Positions 29,271 through 43,500 of a DNA stretch of 64,000 bases are shown here, in pieces. The position numbers and the translations under genes are program-made. Source of the DNA: Adineta vaga (taxonomy: Eukaryota > Animalia > Rotifera). Within the stretch, counting starts at the first letter, position 1; the number at the start of each line of letters is the position of its first letter. The stretch is from NCBI GenBank assembly GCA_021613535.1, contig CP075495.1, positions 7,378,001 to 7,442,000 on the forward strand, written 5' to 3'. Under the pieces are notes generated by a model, which searched no databases, was not told where the DNA came from, and saw only the letters and a list, made by a program, of their open reading frames with translations.

Positions 29271-30079
29271 TTGACTGAAATTTAAAATTGAACAAAATGA
29301 AGGAAAATAATAGAATGTAACGAAATATATAAATGGGTAAAAATTTAACTTTGACATAAAGAACAATGATCTCCTTCTTAGCAAGAGGTCGCCAGTATCT
29401 TTTAAAATTGTCAAAAGACGAACGTACGAACGATATTTTCAATCATAAAAACTCGTCGATAAACTTTACAATAAAATAGAGAGAATTCATATTTGTTAAA
29501 AGCTTTTTATAGTATTATACAGTTAACAATGGACGTTTGGCATTGACATCTTCAAAGCTTCAAAGAATCGAACTGTGATTGTGATTGACTTATTATCATT
29601 TCAATCTATAATTTAGTCTTGATAATCAAATGACATTCATTTATACTCTGTTCTTTAATGAATAGAAATTATTTATATAGTTAACTTCAGTTCTTAGCAG
29701 ATAAAGAATATCAATTAAATTTAATACCAGTGTAAGACTGATCTGATTATGACAAATTAATTCTTTTTTCTCTACTTGCGTCTGCAAACGTCGATTTTTA
29801 TATGATTATCCAACTTAATCTTAATACAAACAAGTAGGAAACGAATATTTACAAAAGCATTTCTATTCAAAGAATTGATTCTTTTTTTTATATATTAAAT
29901 GAATTCGCGAATAAAAATTGTACCTTTTCAGTTTTATAATTGGTATTTGTTAAACAAAAACTAAAGTACATTCATCATAATCAAACGATAGAAAACGAAC
30001 TTGATATAAACTTCAAGAGCAATATTTTTATTCAATCACTTGGTGTATCATAGTACTGACATTTGAAATAATAAATAAA

Positions 30080-30745
30080 TATTAACTGAGCCCATTAAAA
30101 TATCTTCCAGCAATCTCCTTTTCAATTTATTTGATAACATATCTGATGTCCTTCGATAAATCTTACATCTGTAAAAGACCCACTCCTCGTCATTGCTGAT
30201 TGCAAACATATCTGTTCATTGTATACTATCGATTCATGTAATTATCTATCAACATATTATTACAGGTAAAATATTCAAATTTCAATGGATGAATAATCTG
30301 TTGTTCAATATTTTCTTAGGACGATGTATATCAGGTACAAATGGCTATGCAATATTTTTCAATATTTATATTAATACCTATTTTGATGCTTATTCTTGGT
30401 TTAATAACTATTCGAAATGTTAAAAAAGCTTCAGGAACGTGTTTATCCACATATACAAAGAATCAATATCATTTTCATTCGTCAAGAAAATCATCGAAAT
30501 TTAGCAAATAAAAAAAGTTATGATTATCAATTGTTATTTATGGTATTTGCTTAAATATTCGTGTATATTATTACAACATTACCATTCGCTTTATTCTGTA
30601 ATAACAATGAAATGGATCAAATCAACTATTCGTTGAGCAATTGCTTTTACATTAGTGTCAATACATTTTTGTCTCACATTTTATATTCATGTTTTAACAT
30701 CGCAAATTCGTCTTTGAAATCTGTTATTTATAAATCTATGTGATC
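30080..30745 (+). pseudogene. Degraded rhodopsin-like GPCR remnant
   Basis: Hydrophobic TM-like fragments in shifting frames; TM6-like DYQLLFMVFA*IFVYIITTLPF with in-frame TAA at 30552-30554; no intact ORF. Confidence 0.5.
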
Positions 30746-30907
30746 GATTAATTAGACCACTATGACGTACTTAGATATATGAACTGAATGATATATTTGA
30801 AATAAAAAGAAGAATAATAAGCAAAAAGAAAAATAATACGCAATTTTCGATGTTACCTTTAATATATATGTATATGTATATCATAAAATAGAAGTCTCGT
30901 TGTAATT

Positions 30908-31927
30908 TTATTTCTTTGGTGCAATTAAACCTTCTAATTGTGCCTAAAAGAAATAAGTAGAAATAGATAATTCGAGATTCTTTTTTTTTAGTATTTCTGA
31001 TCTTACTTTGAGTTGTTGATTGGTTTTTTTCAAAAAATTAATCTCTTCCATATGTTTCTTTTCTTCGACTTGTCGTTGTTCATTCAATTTCTTTTCAGTT
31101 GCTTCAGCATTCGATTTGGTTTCTTTTAATTGTCGTTCAAGATCACGTTTATCTTCTTCAAGTTGAACTAACTAAAGAATAAAACGGTTAAAGAATATTG
31201 AAAATAATATTCCAACGAACTTTTCGTTCTAATTCTGATTTGCCCTGTTCAGCCATTAATGCTTTACGCATACCAAATGCTACACTACTTTCGTACAATG
31301 TTTGATAAGCACGTAAAGTCATTTGTAATTCATCGCGTACACGTAGAAGAAGTAAACCACGTTCTGCACAATTAATCGCTACTTGACGAATAAGTTCATC
31401 TAGAGACAAAAATCAATAGATAGATATAAAGAAAAGCAAAATAAGAATTCATCATTTACCAAAACATTGAGAAAAAAGTTCACGTCGTACAGGACAAATA
31501 CCAGTTTCACGAGCTTGACGTTGTTGTAAACGCATATCTAATTGTTCTTGTAAATTGATAACATCGAGACGTGTCGCTGGTGTTGATGATATACGTTGAC
31601 AATAGAGTAGATCAGAATTATTTGGATCTTTTGTTATTCTATAAAAAGGAAATTCAAATAGAATGAATAATTTTAAATAAACAAAAATCGAGTCTACTTT
31701 GGTGGAAGAATTTTATCAAGAATTTCTTCTAATGATAAATCTTTCAATGATTGTTGTTTTTTAGTAATACGTGGTGAATTTGCACCACCAGTTACTTCCA
31801 TCATTTGTTGATCGAACGTTTGTTGTTTATTAGCACCAGCACCTTTACGATCTTTATCATTTTGTGCTGTTATCAGTGAAGGATTATCAAAACGAACTAA
31901 AGAACCTGATGGTGGAATGATCGACAT
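30908..31927 (-). CDS. DNALI1: Axonemal inner-arm dynein light intermediate chain p28
   Basis: MSIIPPSGSLVRFDNPSL; SSTPATRLDVINLQEQLDMRLQQRQARETGICPVRRELFSQCFDELIRQVAINCAERGLLLLRVRDE; YESSVAFGMRKAL; ends AQLEGLIAPKK-TAA. Confidence 0.96.
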
Positions 31928-32905
31928 GATTTCTAAGGAAGAATCTAGAAATAAAGTAGGATATAATTCAATTGAGATATTTTACTGATATATGCATATG
32001 ATATAGTCTATCTGAATGAGATGACGTTTAAGTATATTAGTTTTGTATTGCGAATTGCTTATTGTTATATTTTTTTCTACTAACAAAAACTCAAATCAAA
32101 CTTGAAGCTATTCGTTTCGAATATTATGAACTTTGCTAAGAGTTTGTTTCTGTGTTATTTTACAAAAGATTTTACGCCATCGACACTTGTCTTACAAGTA
32201 GGTTGTCAAGGAGTTGAGGTAACAAACGATTGTTGAATATGGTATAGATATCGCTGTGTAGAGTTTCATTAGAAATTTTAGAAAATAGTATATTTAATTT
32301 CAAGTTTTATTTGATAGTTACTCAACCAATCATTCATGAGACAAAACTACTGAGTATAAGTATGAGTAGAATTTTATGGAATGCTCATATCAAATATTTG
32401 TCTGTTCTTACTGTCAAAATCAGCGAATTTGAAATCTCTATACCAATCATAGTTAAAGAAGAAAATCTATCTGATAATTGAAGAGAATACCAAGTAATAC
32501 ATTTAATCATCAACTTTACAAAAAAAAGTCTATCTAGTTTAATATTTTATTTCTGAAGATCATGATTTGGTCATAAGCTAAACTAAGAATCATTTGTCAG
32601 AATTACTTTTCACACTTGATGATATAATGAACTGAAACAGTGTACATGAAATTAATAATCGAGGATAGATACGAGTATTCTCAAGATGGAAAAAGATTAA
32701 ATAATGTAATTGCTATTTTACTGACAATTTTATAATAAACTGGTGTCATCTCCAACGAAATATTTTCTTTTTGAATTCATCGAACAGGATCAATTTGATT
32801 TCGACCAATAATATATTTTCTTGTTTCACTCACTCATTCACATTTCTTTCTATCTATATTATATATATATACGCATTGTTTCGATGTGAAAAATACAGTT
32901 GAAAT

Positions 32906-34400
32906 ATGAAATTAGATTGTAAAATTAAGATTCAAGATCGACAAAGAACAAATGGATTATCTACTCTAAAGGCTGCTAAAGGTGTTGTTGGTCTAGCCAA
33001 ATCTAATAGTGATGAATGGGTTCTTATTGTTCGACTATTTAAAGAAACTAGTGCTACACAATACAAGGTATCTATAATTTTTTTTTCATTTGAAGTATCA
33101 TCGATTTATTTCTTATAAACATTAATTTGGTTTTCAGTTACGTGACAATGTTCAAGCTCTCCTTCATAAATGTATTAATAATGGTATGACTACGATTCAA
33201 ATCAAAGTACCAACTCATGATGTACAATTATCTGAAGTAAGATAAATAAATATCATTTCTTTTCACTATTAAAATGACACTATCAATATGTTCGATCATC
33301 TTTGTTTTTAGGCGAATGTTGAATCTCTTAAAACTCTTCTCTCAAGTGTACGTCTCGCATCCACTGGTAAGGATCTTCCATCTTCAATCAAATCGACATC
33401 TGTAAATGTTGTTCAAAAACTTCAACGACCAACACTTCAATTAACAATCACACAAGCAAGTGATTATCCAACATTAAAAGGTTTTCCATCAACATTAGAA
33501 AAACTTATTATTAATACTGCACAACTTCGTACACCAGTTGATCGTCGAATTTTTACATTGAAAAATCTTCATACACTTGATCTGTCCGATAATAATATCA
33601 GTCAATTACCATCAAAAATTGAAATGCTTCATCTTCAAACATTAACTATTCGTTCGAATCAATTAAAATCTTTTCCCAATGATCTTAAATGTCCTGTATT
33701 GAAATGTTTAGATTTAAATCAAAATCACTTCGAAATACTCGATGAAACAATTTTAAATCTTCATACACTTGAACGATTAATTTTATCATCTAATAATATT
33801 AAAATTATTCCCAGACATTTATTACGTTCATTACCACAATTACAAGTTTTTAATATAGCATCAAATCAAATTCGAGCAATTCCAAATGGTTTAGCTAGTA
33901 GTGGTACACGTTTACATACATTTTATTATGGAGAAAATGCATTAGTAACAAATAAATGTATAACATGTCAACGATTTAATTTTACACTTGTTGAATTAGC
34001 TCTTCGAACTATTGTCAAATACAGGTAAAATATGAATCAAATATTTCAACTTCGATAAAAATATGAACAATAAAATCTATTTAGAATTCCTTATGATTTT
34101 CAAACATTACCACGAACTTTATGCTCGTTATTAGACAAGTATGAACTATGTGCAAATTGTGCTTCACCATGTTTAACTAATTTCGGTGAAATTATTGTAC
34201 CACGACAATTATCAGCAAATGGAGTAACAGTTCAAGTCACAGCAGCAAGTCAATCATTTGCTGTACCTGTACAAGAACGATACTGTTCGATGAAATGTTT
34301 TAATTATGGTTTGAAACGAGCTGGTAAGAATGTCGTATCTGTCTTCTTCTATTTCTCAATTGACTGATGTATTCTAGGAATGACACAGATGCCATTATGA
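32906..34400 (+). CDS. LRR1: Leucine-rich repeat protein 1 (CRL2 substrate adaptor)
   Basis: N-terminal MKLDCKIKI..LRDNVQALLHKCINNGMTTIQIKVPTHDVQLS (PH-like domain of LRR1), DYPTLKGFPSTLEKL, LRR array, BC/VHL-box-like TLVELALRTIVK, C-terminal CxxC..YCSMKC. Confidence 0.85.
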
Positions 34401-34599
34401 TTATTGATGGATGAATGAATATTTTTCTTATTGTTCAAATAATTGAACTGTATGCGTTTTTTCTCAATAAAGATAGAATAGTTCAATGATATTTCAAAAA
34501 AGCATGAAAATATTTCTTATTTTTATTTTCTAATTATCGAAAATGAAAAAAAAATTGACAAAAATTCAACTATTTGAAAGAAAAAGGGAACAAAGATCA

Positions 34600-37500
34600 T
34601 TACATAAATGTTTCTAAACCTGCCCATGATCGTCCAAGTATATCGATATCTGTTGCTTGATCAATAATACAATCGATTTGTTCATCAACAGTCAATTTGT
34701 GATAACGATTCGGAGCATATTTGACTAGAATTTGTGCACGTTTATTTTCTGTTTGATCACCACCTACAATCTTTTCCATTTGTCGTCGTGCTTCTTTCAA
34801 GCTTGATGAACGAAGAAAACTATTCAATTTCAAATCTGATCTGTAAAAACAGAAAAAAGAACCATTGATAAATTTCATCAGACAAGATCATCATTATCAA
34901 TTACATACCCAGTAATGACAGCAGGATTAATACCATTCAATTTTAATCGTGCACTTTTTATTCGATCTTTAGCATAAGTATCATTCAAATGACACATATT
35001 TGTTTCTAAAAAAATAAAAACATTTGGTTTTTATTCAAACAAAATAGGATTATCATTTTATGCCTATACCATTTTGTGCTATTTGTTTACTTGATTTTAA
35101 CGCATGTTCCTATTATATACAATTTATTCACATTTTCTAAATCAATAAAAAAAAGAAAACTTACCATCCATTCCATTAATGGTTCCTTAATAAATACATC
35201 CATTGTACTCAATAATAAATCAGAATTTTCTTGTAATGCATTCATAGTATGAATCATTGTTGCACGAAATAAGCCAGCAGTACCAATGGGTGACATTAGT
35301 TGTGTTAACTGACGTGTTAAACGAATGGGAATCAATTCCGGTACTGGCAAATGCTAAAATACATATACATCAATGTAGACAAAAGATTTCATATCAAACA
35401 CATGTTTTTGAACTTACAATTGTTGCAGCATTAAATGCTGAACCAAAATCAATACCAATAACTTGTCCTGATAATGTATCAATAAGAAAACTAGAAGAAG
35501 ACAAAAAGAACAATCTATCAAAATCTGTTTTTCTTTATCTTGAACAGAAAATACTTCGATTGATGTCGATCACCAATTCCAAGTATATATTGACTTGTAC
35601 ATAGAACAGCATAACTGGTAATAAATTGTCGACGTAATGTATAAAAACCTTCATGTGAATTAGCAATTTTATAGTAAGCACGTCGAAGTAAATCAGCAGG
35701 TACAACAGATTGTATATGATTAAATTCTTCTTGTACTTGACTTTTTGTTAAACTAAGAAATAATTCAGCATACATTAAAGTATTATTTGCTGTTTTAGCA
35801 GTTGGTTTCGCTTTTTGATATGTATTTGTTACATAATCTTGATAAAGTTTTCTCGGATGTTGTCCTTGACTTGTGATAACATTTACTTCAACATCAGTAT
35901 ATGATTCTTCGATTAAATCTTTTAATGGACGTGTGTTATCTAACCATTCGATCATACCCAATTTCGATGACATTGGAATAACTAGAATAGTTATATTTCG
36001 AATTTTCATATTATTGTAAAAATAAAAATAAATTTTCTCTTTACCTTTATAAGTTCGTATGGCAATATGAGCTGAATTCGATTGATTACAATTAGGATCA
36101 TTAGCATAGAGATCATTCATAATTGAAAATAGAGCTTCAATACGTTGATCTTGTCGAATATCTTCTCCACCTTTAACTAAAAATCGATAATCATTTTCAT
36201 CATGTCCACGTATTGTCAATCGTTTAGGTAATCTTAATGAATGTAATACCAAAAGTTTCTCATCAAAACCAACGATTTTAATATGATGTTCTAATAATGG
36301 TTTCTTTTTACTTGTATATTGTCCAGGTATTTCTAATTCACCTACAGATGATTTATCTAAAGTTCGATTTTGTTGTCGAAATGTCGATGAAAACCATGTA
36401 CAATAATCGTTAATATTCGATTTATCTTGTAGAATAGTTTTTAATTTTAATGAAACATTTCCTAATGCTAAACGTGCTTCACCTAATGATATCGTTGAAA
36501 GTGATTCTCCTTGTTTTCCAAATAAATCATCAAGTTCTTTTTCAACAGTATGTTTAAATAAAATTCGTATTGATGTTATTTTAGGTTTTTCTACTGATTG
36601 ATCTACTTCATTCATTGACTGTTCATCATTTGTTTCATCAAAATTAATTCCATCAGCAAAAAGGATTTTTTTAAATTTTATTAATTGAGATTTTAATCGT
36701 TCGAGATCTCGTGATTGTGATTCCGCTGCTAATAAATGAAATAATTCTTTTGACCATGTATCAAATTGTTGTTGTGGATTTAATTGATTCAATGCATCAA
36801 TAAATTCATTTACAAGTGGAGTATAACGATTTAAATTTTGATGAATCGATTCTAAATTATGTTTTAATATTGGATCTGTAATTGTATATTGTAAACTTTC
36901 ATAACTTAATTTAAATGGATAAACAATCGATTGTGGGTAGAGTTTAACGATTTGTTCAATCAATGGATATAATGTTATTCTAAAAAAGAAAAAGGAAAAT
37001 GAAATTTTCGAAAAAGTAAAATATCACTTACGCAATTGGTTTATCCAGATATGCAGTTAATTGATATAAACAATCAAAAAACATCCAACAAGGAATTTCT
37101 TGTATTCTATCAGCAATTAAATCCATTGTATTTGGATATAAATCAACAATTTGTAATAAACGTGAAAAACGTTTGACACCTTCATTTGAACCATATTTCA
37201 TTGATGATAGAACAGATTTAACAACTAATTCAGCAATTTGATTTCCTTGATTTTTATGAAATAATTTTTCGAGAAGATTATTTTCATCTTCAAGATTTTC
37301 ATATCGACGTAAATAATCATCACAAATACTTGCTAATTCGTTATAATCTCGACTCAGAATACTTTCTTTTGCAAGACAAATATTATGTGAAAGATTTTGA
37401 AGATCACTTTCTTGTTTAGTTATATTTTCTTGTAGAATTGAAATACATTTATGAAATAATTCTGATATTAATTGATTAGGTTGATGAATTTCTTGAGTAG

Positions 37501-40500
37501 AATTATCTAAACCATATAGATACATTTCTAATTGTTTATGTTTTGCAAGAGGAATTTTCTCATCATTTTCATAGCGAGAGTAAGCTTGAGGTTGAGCAAG
37601 TAAAAAGTCAATGACCATTCGAGAAAATTGTGAATTCAATTGAATATAATTCGAATTCAATTGAGCTGTTTGTTGATCAATAATTTTCAATGAATTTATT
37701 TTTGTTTCCATTTTCTTCAATTCTTTTGCAACACTAGTTGATAAGAGACTTGATAATGTCGATGTTGATGATTGAATTTGATGACGTTTTAAATGAACAT
37801 CACAATAGATTTCATTCCAATAGATGGATTTCATTAGAGGATTTTTACATGAATCCAAACGTTGCCGTGTTTCATTTAATTTCGTTAAAGCTAATTTAAA
37901 ATTACGTTGACGTAAAGCACAATAAGACATATCAAGTAATGATTGAACTTTATAATCAATTAATAATGGATCAAATTCAGTTGCTTTCAAACGACTAGTA
38001 AATGTCATTCGTGGTCCACCAATTAATTCATCGAGAATCTAAATGAAAAATTTGATTTAGTTTTTTTTTCGCTTTCCGTGATCTTCTTTCATCATAAACT
38101 TACATCGAGAAATAACGATCGATTTGTTACAATATCATCCCATGTTTGAATTGAACTACGAATAACATCGGGTAATTGCCATTGTGATAATAAATCATTA
38201 TGTATACGTTCAAAAAATAGATCTCGTGTTGTTGTATCAGTTTTATTATTTGTTAAATAACGATTTTCTAAAGATTTTAATAACGGTAAATTATGTTCGA
38301 TAAAAATGAGAAATTGGTCAAGTTCATAATAAGGTTGAATTAATTGAATGGTAGTCTTTCGACCATATTCACTTAGACGACTTAACGTCGACCAACGAAG
38401 TAAAAATTGTTCTTTAGCATATTGAATATAATATTTTGAACCTGGAAAAGAAAAGAAATTTTGTTGCTCTTCTGTTGTGAATATGAAATCTATTTGACTT
38501 ACGATCAAAATCTTTTTGATAAAGAAAAAAAGTTGCTAATTCAAATGGATATTGTTTTTCAATATAAGATCGTTTTACGAATGTTGTCTCCGAATTATTT
38601 GTTGCTATTGTAGTATTCGATGTAGCCGATAGATTATTAAAAAATTCACATAAATCATGTTGTTCTAATTGTTCTTGTTCAGTACCTGATATTAATAATT
38701 TAAGTTTAGCACGTATTGCATATGGCATAAGATAATTCAATTGATGAGCATTGGACCATAGAGTATCGAATGTTGTATCATCAATAAAGATATGTTTCGA
38801 CATAATCGTCCAATTATTCAATTGATTACAACAATTTAACATGGATTGTGTCCAAAATTCATGTTCTAATTCAAGAATTGAATCAGCTGATGATTCATCG
38901 TGAAGAGGATGTTGTTCTAGAGCAGTAACATAACTGTTTAATGCTAAGAGAAAATCTGCATGACTTTCTTCTTCAATAGCACGTAATGTAATGGATTTTA
39001 GACCAGGTGTCTGAGAAAAAATGCCACGAACATCATCATAGTCAGCCAATGAACGATAACATTTAGCTAATTCTAACCATTGATCAATTTTTTTATATAA
39101 TTGTTTACTTAAATCAGGATCAGATTTGAGTTTTTTCTTCAATGGTCCATGAAGTAATTGATTTGATTCATTTTGTTGATTGAATCGTATGAAATATTCA
39201 ATTGTTAATATACCAACTGATTCTAAATGACTGGCAATTGTTGATGCACTAATATATTGTGCAGATATTTGAATTTGTTCTGGTTTTGATAGAACAATAT
39301 CAAGTAATGCAGCAACAAATGATGGATAGAAGAGTTCTGATTGTGATAACATGACATCAAAACGATGTTGAATAGTTCTTATGAGATCATAATATTCATC
39401 GGATGATAATCTATCTTCTAATGCATTGAGAATCGATGTAAATAAACTGGCATAAAGTAAACGTGCTGTATGATTATCATATTGTGCAAGTGCTTGTAAT
39501 GGAATAATGATATCACTATAACGAATTTGAATATCAGGTAATTCACCAATACGATAAGTACGATATTTTTCTACTTGATTTTCTTGTTTAAGTTTAATTT
39601 CATTAAGAAATTCTTTTTCATTTTGTTTCTTCTCGTTTTGTTTTCGAGCAAAATACGCAGCTAAAAAGAACAAAGGAAACTTTCAATTAGTTCTACTCTC
39701 GATTTTGATCTGTTCTTTTGTACTAACCGTGTAATTGTCCAGAATCTTTAAGAAATCTTCTTTTCAATCGAAATATATCATCATCATCATCTTCAACTTG
39801 TTGTGTTTGGTTTGTTGCTGTTGAAATAGTTGTTTTCGTCTTTTTATCTACATCAACAATTAATGAAGTCGTTTTTCTTGTTTGTGTTGCTAATGTAGGT
39901 AGAGCAAATGTATTCGTTGAATCGAGTGTATTTGTTTGTTTTAACCAATTGTAATTTGTATTATTATCTAACATTTGTGTTGGAAGAAATTGTTGTCTAC
40001 TCGACATGTCTTGTGTTTGTAAAAGCATGGATGGTGCTGATGCTTGTTGTGTTTGTTCTGCACTACTACTATTATCACTTAAAGTTTGCATAAATTGTAC
40101 TGGATCCATGGTCATAAGATTTGTATTTGCTAATGTTGCTGTCGATGTTGGATCAAGCATTGATTGTGATTGTAATGTAAATAAAGGTGTCATATATGTA
40201 TGATGACGTTGACGCCAATTGCATGCTAATGGAAACTCTTGAAATGCACATTTATCCAAGGGATTTTCAAATATAAAATGATTATAATCAGGATTATGTG
40301 TTGTACGTTCGAGAAGAAAATTTGTACAATAATGTAAATATTCATTTTCAGTTTTCACTGAATATAATTGATCAACTAAAGCAATAAGACGATGATGTGA
40401 TGTTGTACTCAAACGTTTTGAATCACACCAAAAATTTCGACAATTTACACGTATATATTCATTTTTACTTGATAATAATTGAAGTAATTGTTCACGAACA

Positions 40501-43500
40501 TGATGATAGAATGCTTCTGATAGAGGTGTAATTGCAGTTCGTATTTCTTTTGTTAAATAATTTGTAATATAATCATACATCCATTTATAAATTTCCAGTG
40601 TCCAAATTTGACATTCATTTGGACCATCAACAGATAAAATTTGTGCTATCTCATATAATTGTTCATGAGTTAAATTCGACAATAATTTATGTAATAAACG
40701 TAAAGCAACAGCACGAATACCAAAATCTCTAAAAAAAACAAATTTGAAAAATGAGTTTCATGTTGTTTGACAAAAAAAATAGGAACTTTAATTACTTATG
40801 AATGAGAATATCTAATATTCCTGCTGCTCGTAATTCTAAATATGCTGAATCAAATTCTGTTATATTCGGAATTAATGCTTCTAAACATTCAATTTTTAAA
40901 TCACCATACATTTTCTTTAAACCAAATATTAATTTATTCATTACACTAAAAAAACAACAAAAGAACATCGTCGAAATTAAGCAAAATAAAACCTTTTTAT
41001 CTCTTACGGTTTCTCAACAATTTGTGGATAATGTTTTTGAATCGAATAAATACATGTTACATACGTATCTTGTAAACCTTGACTAATATACCATTTTAAG
41101 ATAAAATTAAGTTGTTCTAATATACGTTCAGTTGATTCTTGTTTTATTCTTTTCACATTGAGTAACATACCGATCACTTCTGCTGCTGCTGCATATATAT
41201 TTCGATAGGTATTTTTCATATTCTTTAAAATCATATCATGAAATTTATCTTCTGTTAAATCATTTGGAAAATTTGATAGCAATGAGCTTGTTGTTACAGG
41301 TGGAAGATTTCCAGTTGCAGTTGGTGGAGTATAATATGGTAGAATATCATTAGCTAATAGTATTCCTAATAATGAAAGACCAATAGCATTTTGTTTAGAT
41401 TTTAAATCTGTTTCCGAAATTAATTTATATAGAATTAATGTTGGCGCATGAATACGTTCTTTCCAACATTCAACTAATTTTTTAATTAAATCCAAATTTG
41501 ATTTCATTACAACAGAATTTCGATGTGAACAATTTGAGAAAAGATATTCAACAAGACGTTGAACAGCTGTTGAATCAAGTTCACTCGGTATAGCATGTGT
41601 ATGCCAAGATAAAAGAATAACAATTGTATCAATAATAAATGTATTTAAACCTTCCGAAGAATTTTCAAACATTTGATTACACATGTGTATAATTGGTGTT
41701 AACCAATATCGTGCATATGGTTTAAATATTGTATGCGTATGGATAATTAAACGCATGAGAAATAATTTAATATTAAATGATAATAATGGATCACTGAATT
41801 TTTTGTACATACATATCATCCATGCTGGCATGTCGGATGATTGAGATGAACGTTCAGAAAAGGGAATAATACCACTATTTTCCATATGTTTTAATAAACA
41901 AACCATTGGTACCATACATGGATGAAGATTAAGTTCATCCATTTCCATATCAATAAATTCCGTACCAATTTCATCATCTGAACCTTCAATTAATGCAGGT
42001 CCATCATAATCTTTTCTTTGAAAGGAAATGTCTGTTATTGAATGTTCAGAAAATGAATTCGAAAGACTTTTATTTAAATCATTATGTTGTTGATTAACAG
42101 CAGCTGATGTAAAATCAAATACAGCTAATTCATCTGTTAGACTACTACCAAATAAATATTGAGATGATAAATATCGTGGAGTACTAGCAAGACGTTGCTG
42201 TTGTTGAGTTGAATTATCTGATTTCGATATCATTAGAATTTTCTTACAGAGAATATTTAATAATGTACGTTTATCTTTTTTATAATAACGTTCTAATTCC
42301 AAAGGAAACGTATATTTATGTTCTGGATCAATTAAATTTTCGAAAACTTGTTCATCCTAAAGAAAGTTCATCAATCAATCAATGAGAGTTTAGTTTTTCG
42401 AATGTTAACTTACTTTTGCTGGATTAGCATCAAAGATGAAAGCTTTATAAAGTTTAGCTTCTGTTTGTGTACAAATAAGTAATGAAATTAAACAATTAAA
42501 TGAACTTGTTGCTAATGCTCGTATTAAATGTATTTTAATTTGTTTTTCGACAGTATTTACACCAGCTAACATTACATCTAATGATTTCATTGCTTTTCCA
42601 TCAACAAATTGTCCACGAGCTTTAGTAATAACATGTTTAGTTAATTCTTTTCCATCAAAATTTTCTCCAATTTTAATTGCTGTCATTGGTATTTCCACAT
42701 TTAAAATCTTTCTTGCTTCTTCTTGTTTCTTGACATGTTCATAAAAAACTCGAGCAATTGATGAATTCATACCGAAAACATCATCTTTATTTAATATTGT
42801 ATACATATGATCAATTAAACGATATGTACAAACTTTATTAATTAAAATCGATGTTAATATTTGTGATGTTAAATCAAGTTTAACATCAAGTTCATCAATA
42901 ACTAATGTACAAATATATTTTTTATAGAATTCAATTAGAGTTAATTTTCTAACGGATGTTAAAATTTTTAAAATTAATTTTTCTAATGCATTTAAACGAT
43001 GTTCCGTACGAAAAAGTATATTCTTTCCGAAGATTATCGAATAAATATAATCAAGTAAATGACTTTGTTTATGATGATCATTTAATTTCACAACATAACG
43101 ACTAATTGAAAGAAGAATTTCTTCTTCAAAAACATGATGTTGTTCACAACATAACATCCATATTAATAATTCAAATAAAATAAATGATGACGATAATTCT
43201 AAGGCAGAAAGAATCTTTCGAATAGCTGCTTGATAATCATGATATTCCTGTGTACCAATTGGAAATTCTGTACTTTTCAATGGAAAACAATCAGCTGTAA
43301 ATGTATGTAATGTTCGACAAAGATCAATTGACCATTGTTTTCGTTTATCTTCCGATAGATTTTCATCGGTATCAATGGCAGCAAAAAATGCTAATAAATC
43401 AAGTAAACGTGTTTTAAATGTTAAATTTAATTGTTTATCAATTAATAACGATAAATACATTTGAGAAATATGATTAAATTGTTCATGATTAATCAATATA

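Noticed and set aside
32200-32225. RFX X-box upstream of DNALI1
   Set aside because: Only half-sites (GTTGTC, GGTAAC), with wrong spacing.
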